Positions 43,091-54,719 of a DNA stretch of 64,000 nt are shown piece after piece. Below the pieces are notes generated by a model. That model was not told where the DNA came from. It did not search any database and saw only the letters and a program-made list of their open reading frames with translations. The translations under genes were made by a program, and so were the position numbers. The DNA is from Anthoceros angustus (Eukaryota > Plantae > Anthocerotophyta): contig MU008169.1 in NCBI GenBank assembly GCA_010909165.1, positions 620,001 through 684,000 of the forward strand, written 5' to 3'. Every line of letters begins with the position of its first letter. Position 1 is the stretch's first letter.

Positions 43091-46000
43091 GTTCCGAGAG
43101 CCAGGGACGGAAGAGGTCTCACGAAGGTGGAATTGATCACCTGAGAAAGAAATTAAGACTTGCCAGAATTTCGGGCTGTGAGCGGCTGCGGCAATTTAAC
43201 CTTCCTCCTGTGACCATTTCTGTACCTTGCCCTGGAACCCTGCAGCCTGGTAGTGTTGTTTGTGCCCCAGAAGGTAGTGTTGTTCGTGCCCCAGAAGTTA
43301 TCTACTTAGATGATGAATATGAGCCTTTCTGTTTCAATGCCCAGAGTGTCCCTTTGTCCTTTAGAAACAATCTGCCCAAGCTTGATGAGGCATCCCAGCC
43401 AGCTCCTCAATGTCGTCGTTTGGACCATCCAACACTCTCTGTGGGTAATGACGGGAGGACGCCCTCGGCAGTCCCGCAGGCCGGAGTGGATGCACCTGGG
43501 AAGGACTCGAATTCCCCTACTTCCGCCTTACAAATTCAGAGCTCTGGGCTGGCATGTCCGGACCACAGTCATGAGTATACTGCTGGACCTGTTCCGTTGT
43601 CCTCTCCGGGCTGGAGGACCTCATCCCAGGTTGTGCCTGACAGTATTCCTCCAACATCAATCCACCCGCCAAGCAGCCCTGTCAGCCTGGGTGCTCAGAA
43701 CCTTGTCCCTCTGGGCTCAGTGGACAGAGTCGCTTTCCGGGTCCACGAGCATGCTATTCCGCTCCTGACTGGCCGTGGTGAGTTTTCCGTCCGTTGGAGG
43801 TTTCATGATGCTTTGCACTTTGGCCGCAGTGCTCAGGATCCTTTGCTTGTCAGAAATAGTCGGCCAAACCGGGTACCTCCTGATGACAGTATAGAGGGAG
43901 CTTTAGCCAGTCCAATGACGCAGCTCTCTATGGAAGGTTCTCAAGGTTCTGTAGGCAGGCCTCTTGCTGCACAGGAGGTGCAGGTTGGAATGGGGTCAGC
44001 TGAAGCCAACACCACGGGTCAGGCAAAGGTGAAGGGCTTAGCCCGAGCCAGTGTTCCAGTCCAGGCTCCAAGTTTGGAGGCTCAGACTAAATCTCCAACC
44101 AAGGGTCCGAAGACTCCAGACCCAGTCCGAGTCCAGGCTCCAACTTTGGAGGCTGAAACTAAATCTCCACCCAACGGGCTGGACCTCCAAGACCTTCCTG
44201 ACGAGGAAAGGACAGATGTATTAGAGAGCACAGATATGTCAGACACAGAGACCAAGGCCAAGGCCAAGGCCATAGAAGATGAGATGGCACAACTCTGGAG
44301 AGACGCTGCGTTGGTTGAAGCGCTTGGAAAGGTAACAGCAACTTTGCTTTGGTTCCCTTTGAGTAGCACATTCAGAAAACTGCGTTTGCTGAACTATTCA
44401 TAACAGTGAACGTGCATTGTTGTCAGCCTGCACCTATTGAAACGGAGCAACAGCAGAAACCGGTCGGCTGTATACATGACTATGAACGAAATTCAGAATG
44501 TGGCCAAGTCTGCTCTCTCTGTGGTCATGTGAAAGCTGCTATGAGTGTGGAGTTCTTCGCTCCCCTCCGGACTGTAAGCACTACTGTTGCCCATTCGTTT
44601 GAAAGTTTGCATATCCTGCGTCTGTGAGCTTCAATTAGACATCTTTTGTGGAGGTGCTTCACTCTGTTTGAAGGAGTTTGTGGCCATGTCTGCAGGCCAA
44701 GGGAAGACAAAAACGCAGCGATGAGCATGAGGATTTCTTGAAGGAAGATAAGATATTCAGCAACCTCGGCCCTTGTAGGTCACAACCTGAAGAAAGGCCA
44801 ATTCAAAGGCTGAAGGTGAAGATTCCTCCTCATTTCATGCCCAAGATGAAGGAACATCAGGTGAAAGGATTTCAATTCCTTGTCAAGTCTCTGGATGGCA
44901 GAGGAGGATGTATTTTTCAACATGCTCCAGGAACAGGAAAAACGTTCTTGATGATAGCCTTTGTGAAAGGCTTACTCACTACCTATCCAGCCAAGAAGGT
45001 GCTAATTGTGGCTCCAAAAGTGATGGTGGAACCCTGGAAGGATGAGTTCCATAGATGGAATGTGAGGGATATCAAGATTCTCACTGTATATGACAAGTCC
45101 ACTGAGACACACGATGTGGAGAAACGTCGTAGAGAGATTCTTCATCAATGGGAGGCAGAGAAAAGTGTATTGATCGTTAGCTACAACATTGCTAGCCGGA
45201 TCATTCACAAGGAGGGAGCACAACATGATGAACTTAGCAATATTCTAGTGGGGACTCCTGATCTGGTAGTCTTGGATGAAGGACATTTTGTACGCAATGA
45301 AGATACCAATGTTCTGCAGGCCTTGAAGAAGGTGAAGACAATGAACAGGGTGATACTGAGTGGCACTTTATTTCAGAATAACTTCATGGAGTTATACCAG
45401 ATACTTAGTTTTGTGAAGCCGGAATTTTTGGGGAATGATCCAGAGTTTTCACAAAAGCGGATGGAACTGGAGAAGGAGCAGGAGAATGACAGACTGCGCA
45501 ATGGTGGCATGATAACCCAGGCAATGGTAGACAAATGGGACAAAGTGGGGAAGAATTTTTGGAAGTCCAAATGTAAATCTATCACGAGGACTGCTTGTAG
45601 CGACGCTATCGATGAGGGTATCCAGAACATTCGAAATCTGACTTCCTTTGTAGACTCTCATGAAGGTGCTGACCTGAAGTCTCTTCCAGGACTACAGGAG
45701 TTTGTTGTTCATCTGAAGCTACAGCCTTTGCAAGCGGACCTGGTGGCAAAAGTGCAGTCAAAGTGCAGCGGAAAAAGTTCCAAGTTTAGCCTTACTTCAG
45801 GTACAACATTGGTGACTGTTCACCCGTCCCTCTGCCCTGACGAGTACCGGGACACCTCTGAGTTTCCTGATCTCGACGGAACAGCCTCGACTCCCGGTAA
45901 GGGTGTGAAAGCTGACTTCGTTATGCAGATCCTATCTCTTTGCGACAAGGCAGGAGAGAAGCTTATTATTTTCAGCAGTATGCTCAAACCTCTGGAATAT

Positions 46001-46501
46001 ATACAGGAGGTCCTACAAAAGCACAAGAGCTGGGCCTTGGGAGACAAAGTTCTGCTTGTTAATGGGAAAGCCACCCTAAGAAATGGTACCATCAAGAGGT
46101 TCAATGACAAGAACGACCCTTCGAGGGTTCTTCTGGCCTCTATCAAGGCTTGTGGAGAAGGTGTAAACCTTACTGCAGCCTCCAGGATCATACTGTTGGA
46201 ACCCGTCTTTAACCCCAGCGTCACTCGCCAAGCGGTGAGCCGGGCTTTCCGCGTTGGCCAAGAGAAGAAGGTGATTGCGTATCACCTGGTTGCGGCAAAT
46301 ACGACCGAGCCAGAAAATCGCCGCCAAGCCTTAGACAAGGAATGGATATCCGTCAATCTCTTCGGGACTGAAGGTATCGTTGACAACAGCGACCAGGAAG
46401 TGAGTGATCCAGTTAACTGTGCAGATGAGTTCTTTCAGTCCAATGCTGTAAGGAGACACCTGGACAGGCTATATATCGCCAGAAGGCACTGTCCACTTTA
46501 G
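43091..46501 (+). CDS. SNF2 chromatin remodeler of the DRD1/CLASSY (RdDM) subfamily
   Basis: Exons 43091-44331, 44427-44573 (CIHDY...ECGQVCSLCGHV Cys/His motif) and 44696-46501: GGCIFQHAPGTGKT, LVVLDEGH, ILSGTLFQNNF, VLLASIKACGEGVNLTAASR, NPSVTRQAVSRAFRVGQEKKV. A further phase-compatible exon ends about 43012; the start codon is unresolved (candidate about 42836). Confidence 0.88.
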
Positions 46502-48609
46502 CCTTGTGGTGAAGGCAATGCTGCTGACGTCTCCGCTGCTTTGGTTAATTGAGGGTTGAAAGAAAATGGGAGCTCCCAAACCTCTGTTGCTGTCATACGT
46601 CTTGCGTCTTGAGGGATGCTGTTATGGGCAGATGTGGCCAGCTCGTTCCAGCCTTCACCTCAGCCCTAACTGTGAAGCCCGAGCTTGGTACCAGCTGATG
46701 AAAAGGTCACAGGCACTGCACTGGCAAGCTATGGCTAAGCCATTGAGCATGGAATGGCCTGCTGGGCATTCGCTATGCATAGGAAGCAGGAGGAGGCCCC
46801 CACATATTTCGTCCTGTGCGTAGGGTTCTTTTCAGCTGGTTGCTCGCTAACTGTGATCCGCAAGGCACTGGATCCGACTGCTTTCAATCGCTGGCCTTAT
46901 GGAAGCAAGTAACACTGCATACCAGATTTATTATCTGAAATCGATAAAGGGGGTTGCCACGTTGTAGAACTTTTGAGTACCTACGCAAGTTGCATTTGCC
47001 GGGGATCGAACCCGCATCTGTGTAGTGGACAACAACAACAAAATATTTATGTCCATGACGCTGTTGCACTACGTGATTACCAGTGCAAATAATAATTTAC
47101 AGGTCATTGTGTGTATAAAATTATTAAACGTTTTTTATTTTTATTAAAATCACTTTAAGAATGCATGCTATATTTGTTCTATGATATACTCATAAATTTC
47201 AAGAGATTTCATGCTGTATTTATCCTATAGTATGCTTACTTACGAATTTCAAGAGGTTGCATGCTATATTTATCCTATAATATACTCACAAATTTCAAGA
47301 GCTTAAAATAGGCCGGCCTTCCTTTAACTCGGAACCCATCACATGTCAGAAACAGTTACAATGCATATGTGGTTTTGGGCCAACTCACTCTAATCTAATT
47401 GTTTTCTTGATCATATTATCTTTATTTTTATTAAATCATACGTAATTGTAAATTACAAAAGACATACCACTTTCTCCAACTTCTCCTCTCTGAATGGTGG
47501 ACTTGCTATCATGTGACTCAATTTGTTATTTTCCTTGCAGAAAGACTCAAGATTCCTTGACGTTCTACTTGAAGGCTGCTTCAATCAATGGTTTCAGTTA
47601 GGCCGGGACACCACTAGTCAAAATTGAAGTTTCTATAGCATGTTCTTCAATCTCTAAACAGGTCAAAATTGAAGTTTCTATTGCATGTTCTTCAATCTCT
47701 GAACAAACAAGTCCGTAATATTAGAGATTGTGCTTGAATGTGACAAAAGAATGGTAGATCTATTTGGTTGAGATTCCAACATATCTTATTATATGCTCAA
47801 AGCTTTCACGCCCTTCATTTACAAAACTCATGCCACCAGCATAAGATCTCATTGACATGACTTTTGTATATAAATTGGATGAGACCTAGTGCATCTTCGA
47901 ATATATGTTAGGAATCTCACAAAGCTGGTCCGTCTCTTTGTCAAATTGTTCACATAGCATAACCTTGAATATTGGGTGATTACTTGCTTAGAAAAAAAAT
48001 ATTGATTCAAAACTTTAGTTTGGACTTGTAGTACTCTATCGAATACATGTGTAGGCTTTAGATATTTCCAAGTTGAAGGCAAACAAATGCTATGCTATAC
48101 CAACGGTCTTCTATCGGTTACTACCCAAAGTGAAATTCGCAGGAGGATCCATCATGACATTCTCTTGCGGCTTTTGCGTAAAATCAAAGGTAAACCAATC
48201 AAGTTGGCCCATGCTGGAGTTGCGAGGGGCCGAGACGAAGACTTTCTTCCTGTGCCTCTCTCTTGGTCTGATATGGAAACCCAACTTAGGATTCGCTCTC
48301 ATAAATCCTCTTGCAGTAAATTCTTGTTGTAAATATTATTTCACGAAAAAAAATAAACTCATGTTTAGATGTCATTCCTTGAAGGGAGGACTCAAATATA
48401 GGCTTTAAATATTTATAATATTGATATCTAGTAATTGAAATATTTTAAATATCCAAACAAATAGCTCATTGAATAGGTGAATGTTTGAATCTTCCAATTT
48501 TGTCTGGTTCTCTCACTAACTCTATTCATTATATAAAATTATTAAAATAAAAAATATATTGAATGTACATAGTTTTATAGTAACAAATATCTATCGATAA
48601 ACTTTTTAA

Positions 48610-49825
48610 GTGATGCTGGAACCCTCAAAGGATGAGTTTAGGGAGATGAGAAGTGGGTGAATCAAAATTCTTACTATAATTGATAAGTTTGATGAGATAA
48701 AAAATGTGGAAAAAAAACAACATAGAGCAATTCTCCATCTAGGGGAGGATGAGAAAAGTGTCCTGATAGTTGGCTACAACATTATTAGCCATATTATCCG
48801 CAGAGAGGGAACACAACATGACAAACTTCGCGAAATCTTTCTGGAGACTCTTGATTGATAGTCCTAGATGCAGGACATTTTGTTCGTTCTGAGAATACCA
48901 AATGCTTGTAGGCTTGAAGAAGGTTCAAACATCGAACATGGTGATCTAAGTGCAGTTTATTTAGAGTACCTTGATGAAGTTGTACCATATGCTAAGCTTT
49001 GTGAAGTTAGACTTCTTGGGGAATGACAGAGAGTTTGTGGAAAAGCGAATGGAGCTAGAGCACAAGGAAGAGAATGACAGACTTAGAAACGGAAGACACA
49101 TAGGAAACTATGGCTTGAAAATATTTTGAAAGCAGGGTGTTTGTGACTCGGAGTTTCCCGCAATTCATCTGCAGAGCTCAGCGTTTGTGGACACATGTCC
49201 ATGAACCTCGACGCCACCAAAATCCTCATGTCTGTGGTGCAGGTTGCTCACACCATTTCAAGGACCATCTAGTGCCGCAATCTCCCTTTTTCCTGTCACA
49301 GACTGATGGCTCTCTCGAGATGCAGGACGTCTCCGGCTTGCTAAACGAGGACACCCGTAAGCAGATTAGTACCATACTTAATGTAGACATCATCTTGGCT
49401 CCCTTGGTATTGTTAGAATGTTGACTAGTGAGGTGAATCTCCTAGCTTGGCGAAGCTATAGCAGGTGCTGCTACCCCGACCAATCCTTCTGGTCTCAGCA
49501 GCCAAGCCTCCTAGAAGTTAGGACCCTCTATTGTATCTCCTTCTTTATGAATTAATCATAATTTTTTTCTCAAAAAGAAAAAAAAATGGAAGTCCAAGAA
49601 TGCTTTCATAAAGAGGACTAAAGATCACCACACTAGCAATTTGGGTATATTAAACATTAAAAATCTAACTTCTTATGTAGACCCTCTAGAAGGTGATGAG
49701 TTGAAGTCTCTTTTAGCACTATACGACCTTGTTGTTCATCTGAAACAATAGCCTTTGCAGGTGAACGTGGTGGCCGAAGTTCAGTCACAGTGCAGCGGTA
49801 GAAGTTGCAAGTGTAAGCTTCGATG
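48610..49825 (+). pseudogene. Decayed direct copy of the SNF2 gene (homologous to about 45020-45790), interrupted by a poly(A) insertion
   Basis: gtgatgctggaaccc..aaggatgagtt, gagaaaagtgt..tgat.gtt.gctacaacatt, ggacattttgt.cg, gttgttcatctgaa...cctttgca match the intact gene. Stops and indels. Confidence 0.9.
49130..49586 (+). mobile_element. 5'-truncated retro-insertion (LINE-like 3' end with poly(A))
   Basis: About 450 bp of non-SNF2 sequence ending CAAAAAGAAAAAAAAA. The host resumes TGGAAGTCCAA, exactly continuing the SNF2 homology; short TSD-like tg(g/a)aag. Confidence 0.65.
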
Positions 49826-49944
49826 AAGGCATCGTTGATAACAGGGATCCCCAGGAATTAAGGGACCAAGTAGGTGTGCTCATGATTTTTTTCACTGATG
49901 ATTTCTTTCACCCGAAACATCTGGACAGGCTTTAACAATAAGAG

Positions 49945-50780
49945 GTTTTGCTTGGCCTATGAAGGCCTGTGCAGGGATTGGTACCTTACAGAAGGGCACG
50001 GGGCTGCACTCACAGATTGTCGAAAGAGGACAACTAGATAATATATTGGTGGGTAACTGCCTGGTGGGCATATATATGCAAAATGCTTTGAACTGAAACA
50101 ACCACGCCAGGTTCCTGACAGCTGTGCCACGAAGGACGTGGTGACATGGACCTCGCTGACTGCTGGGTTTTCTCAGCAAGGCCCCCCTCGGACATGAGTA
50201 ACTTGTTGTGTATGGACAAATGAAGCAGGAAGGCCTGGTTTTACCATGTTTGCTTGCCTTGTGAAGGCCGGTGCAAAAACTGGTGCCTTCCAGAAGTGCA
50301 GGCAGCCACATTCATAGCTTGTCCAAAGAGAATTGCTGGATGATGTCCTGGTGGCCACCTGCCTGGTGGACATGTATGGTGGTGAACTGGAAGATGCACG
50401 CCAGGCTTTTGAAAGCTTGGCCACAAAGGATGTGGTGGCGTAGACAGTGCTGATTGCTGGGTATGCCCAACAAGGGCTAGGAAATGAGGCACTTGTTGCG
50501 TATGAACAAATGGAGCAGGAGGGCCTCGTTTTGGTTGAGCATGTCACTTTTGCCTCTGTCCTGAAGACCTGAACAATCACCGGAGCCAACCAGAAGGGGA
50601 CGCAGCTGCACTCACAGATTGTGGAAAGGCGACTGCTGGTTAATGTTGTGTTGGGCAACTGCCCGGTGTCCAGGACATGTATGCAAAACGTGGTTTGCAC
50701 GTCTGGTTTTTCACAGCTTGACCAAAAAGGATGTGGTGCCATGGAATACCCTGATTGCTGGGTATGCATAGCAAGGACTC
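49945..50780 (+). pseudogene. Decayed fragment (about 2.5 PLS triplets) of a PPR gene closely related to the 32947-36446 gene
   Basis: gaaggcctgtgca..., ccttacagaagggca, gctgcactcacagattgtcgaaagagga, ggccacaaaggatgtggtggc are nearly identical to the 306-bp unit. Stops and frameshifts. Confidence 0.9.
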
Positions 50781-51299
50781 GGTAGTCTGACCAGCCCGTT
50801 TGCCACGCGGGCGCAAAAACGGGCCACCTTGGCCAGCATTTAGCCTCGGCATTGGCCCTCTACAACAAAAATGGGGCATACTGTACGCAAGTCACCATGA
50901 AACCAGTCCATACACTCACTCCAGTGTTGAGGATCAGAGTACCTTTGACTTGAGGTTTAAACCAAGAGGTGCTGTTAGCTGTCAGAAGCCTGGTAGATTG
51001 GGCACGAAAAGTGGTTGACATAGAAGTGCACGTGCTGGATGCCTGTGGTAGCGTAGCAGAGCAGAACCAAAGCAATGCGCTCAGCCATGGAGGGCACGCA
51101 GGAGAGAAGGGGAGAGAAACCAGAGCTACAAGATCCCCACACAAGCAAGCTCCATCACCCAGTTGGGATCCTTATCTTGGACAGGAGGAGCAAGATGGCC
51201 TGTGCGTGCAGGTTGATACGTGCCACCGTCAAGATAGGGTAAAATGCCTCATGCTGGTACCTCACAAGCAAAACTTAGCTCAGACGCACCCCAAGGTGT

Positions 51300-54150
51300 G
51301 ATCCAGTTCACTCACTTTCAAAAGATTCCAGAAACGGAACAGAAGTGATTCACGAACTTTAGCGGGAACACCACATCCAGCACAAAATGTGTTCCGCCCA
51401 AATTTACGATGCACGATGCAAGGGCCGGGCAGGTTCAACCGACATCTGAAAAACAGTCCGAGTGTCAGTACCGTCACGTGAGCTCACCGCTTATACCGAG
51501 TTCAAGCTTCCAAGTTCTAGGGAGTTGGTCTGAATGCCTAGGGTAGTGCATGTGACCTCCTCAGCTGATACCATGGCCACACCTGCCCATGGCAGCATCC
51601 CTCAAGAAGTATAACAGCAACAAGAGGTTCCAGAGCTCCCCAATTGTCTTTAAACCCCCACTTAACCAAAGCACCAGAGCACTCAGCAGCATTGCCTTCT
51701 CTATTATAGCATTGAGATCACCAAGAGGCCAAAGTCGACGTGACCTCAGGTTCCTAGGCCCTTGTAGGTCAGAACCTGAACAGGCTAAAGTCACTCAGTG
51801 GGCCTTTCTTCAGGCTCTGACGTACAAGGGCCTAGGTTGCTGAATATTTTCATCTTCCTCCAAAATATGCTTATCCTCGAGGATTTTGGCGTTGCTGTCT
51901 TCTCTTGGCCTGCAAACATGGCCACGCATTGCCTTCAAACAGAGTGAAGCAGCTCTACAAAAGATGTCAAAGTGAAGCTCACGGCCGCAGGAGATACGAA
52001 TGGACACCAGTGGTGCTCACAGCCCGGAGAGGAGCGAAGAACTCCACATTCATTGCAGCTCTCACATGACCACAGAGACAGCACACTTGACCACATTCTG
52101 AATTCCGTTCATAGTCATGTATACAGCCGATCGGCTTTCTGCTGTTGCTCCGTTTCAATAGCTGCAGGTTGACTACAATGCAGGTTTACTGTTATGAATA
52201 GTACGCAACGCGGAAATGTGCTTTACAAGGGTACCCATAGAACCGCTAAAGAAACCAAAGTTGATGTTACCTCTCCAGGCGCTTCAGCCAAGAGCCTGCC
52301 TCCAGAGTTGTGCCATCTCATCTTCCTTGGCCCAGGCCTCTGTGTCTGACATATCTGTGCTCTCTTGACACACAGTGCCTTTCCTCGTCGGGAAGGTCTT
52401 CCCTTGATGGAGATAGTTTCAGGCTCCAAACTTGGAGCCTGAACTCGGACTGGGTCTGGAGTATTCGGATCGTAGGTCGGAGATAGAGGCTCAGCCTCCA
52501 AACTTAGACCCTGGACTCGGACTGGGTCTGGGGTCATCGGACCCTAGGTTGGAGATGTAGGCTCAGCCTCAAGCTTGCAGCCTGGACTCGCACTGGGTAT
52601 GGAGTCATCGGACCCTTGGTTGGATTTATAGTCTCAGCCTCCAACATGGAAGCCTGGACTGTGACTAGGCCTCGGGCTAAGCCCTTCATTTTTGCCCGAA
52701 CCGTGGTGTTGGCTACGGTTGTTCCCATTCAAACCTGCAACTCCTTTGCAGCAAGCAGCCCGCCCGCAGAATCTTGAAAACCGAACCTTCCAGAGAGAGC
52801 TGCGACAGTGGACTGGCTACAGCTCCCTCTGTGCTGCCATCAGGAGTCACCTAGTCTGGCCGACTAAGCTTCAAGTCATTTCTGACAAGCAGGTTTCTCT
52901 TTACACCGAGAATGATGATACATATAATCAAATGACGCACAGATGTTCATCCCTGCCCTGGGCACTAGATTCCTACTCTGCTCGTGAAAAATGTGGTGAC
53001 ATGTGAGCGTAGCATGTTGGCCCGGTGATAAGGTAACGGTCAAGATCCAATTGATCGCCCAGCGAATCCGGGTCCAAGAGCTGTAGCCAATGCCCTTGAT
53101 TGGCGGGCAGCTCTCTCTCGGCTGGGATCAGGAAGTACCCGGTTTCGCTGAAAAGGAGCCAAGTCATTTGTGACAAGCAAAGGCTCCTAGGCACTGCGGC
53201 CAAACTGCAAAGCATCATCGAACCTTACCCTCCAGTTGACGGAAAACCCACCACCACCACCAAGAATATACGGAATAGCATGCTCGTGGACCCGGAAAGC
53301 GACTCTGTCCACTGAGGGCTCATAAGTACGATCCGCCTCTGGAGGGACAAGGTTCTGAGCACCCAAGCTGACAGGACTTCCTGGCGGGTTGATGCAGGTT
53401 GGAGAGATACTTCCAGGTCCAGCAGGATGCTCATGACTGTGCTCCGGACATGCCATCCCAGAGCTCTGCATTTCTAAGGTGGAAGCAGACGAATCTAAGT
53501 CCTTCCCAGGTGCATCCACTCCCACCTGCGGGACCGCCGACGGCGTCCTCCCGTCATGAGTCTCTGAGGATGTTGGATGGTCCATACGACGACACTGAGG
53601 AGAAGGCGGGGATGCCTCCTCAAGCCCAGGCAATTGTTTCTCAACGTATTCCCAGATGCTCAACAGCATCCGAGCACCTGCACAAACACATGCACACAGA
53701 ACAAGACATCAGGTTCAAACTCAGTCCCTACAACATACAACCAACCAACACAAAGCTACAACACGGAGTTGCTATAACGTATCAGCAACAACACAAGTTA
53801 CAACAACATCCCACTACATAATCATTACAACACACAAGCTGCAACAAGGAGTAGCTGTAATACAGAGTTGCTTCAACACACATGCTCCAAAATCATTTTT
53901 TGTGACAAAAGCTTCAACATTGAGTCCTACAATGTACAAGCTAACTTGCTACAACAGACCAATGACCAAGAGTTGCTACAATCACCATACAGAGTAGCTA
54001 CAATACAGAGTTCACTACACACAAGGGGCGTCCGTCTTTGCGGAAGGGGCTTTGAGAAACCTAGGAAACTGAAGAACATCACGGGTTTTATAGTATAGGT
54101 AGGAAGTTCTCAAGTGTTTTAGGGTTGGTGGTGGCGGTAGGTAGGTAGGC
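51300..54150 (-). pseudogene. Inverted, internally deleted SNF2 copy A (upstream repeat module + N-terminal exons + 3' flank)
   Basis: ORF 53187-53669 (QCRRMDHPT...GRTPSAVPQVGVDAPGKD...VDRVAFRVHEHAIP) and ORF 52223-52537 (PDPVRVQAPSLE) match 43210-44403. 52020-52170 matches exon 44427-44573; 51550-51700 matches the 3' flank at 46500-46700. Confidence 0.9.
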
Positions 54151-54719
54151 TGCGTCACACTTGCAAAATTGAAAAGCATACACCACACTAAATACTTTGA
54201 GACACCAAACCTAAATGCAACAGTTGATGGAAATAGCATGGATTAGAAACTTCAGTTTTGATTTGCAGTGGCTAGGCCCAATTGCAACTATTGATGGAAG
54301 TAGCCATCATCAAAGTACGATCGTTGAGGATCTTGTCTTTTTGCAAGAACAAATTTTGAGTCACATATCGCGAAGCCATCATATGGGAAGGAAGTGATGT
54401 GCCGTTTGTAATTTATAATTAGATATGATTTATTGAAAATTATAGTTATGATCAAGTACACAATTGGAGTAGGTCGACTAGGAGCCATGTCTTTGCTGCA
54501 AGTGCTCGCATATGGTGGGTTCCAAACTTAGAAAGGTCGATCCACTTCAAGCTCTTGAAAATCATGAGTCCCATAAGAACAATGTTCAAGCATTTTTAGA
54601 GTGATTTGATAACAATTAGAAGACAAGCTATACCAAACCTACACCTTTCTAAACATGAACCCTTGAGAGCATAATCGGGGGATTGGTGGTCTGCAGTCTG
54701 GAAAACATACATAAGATTA

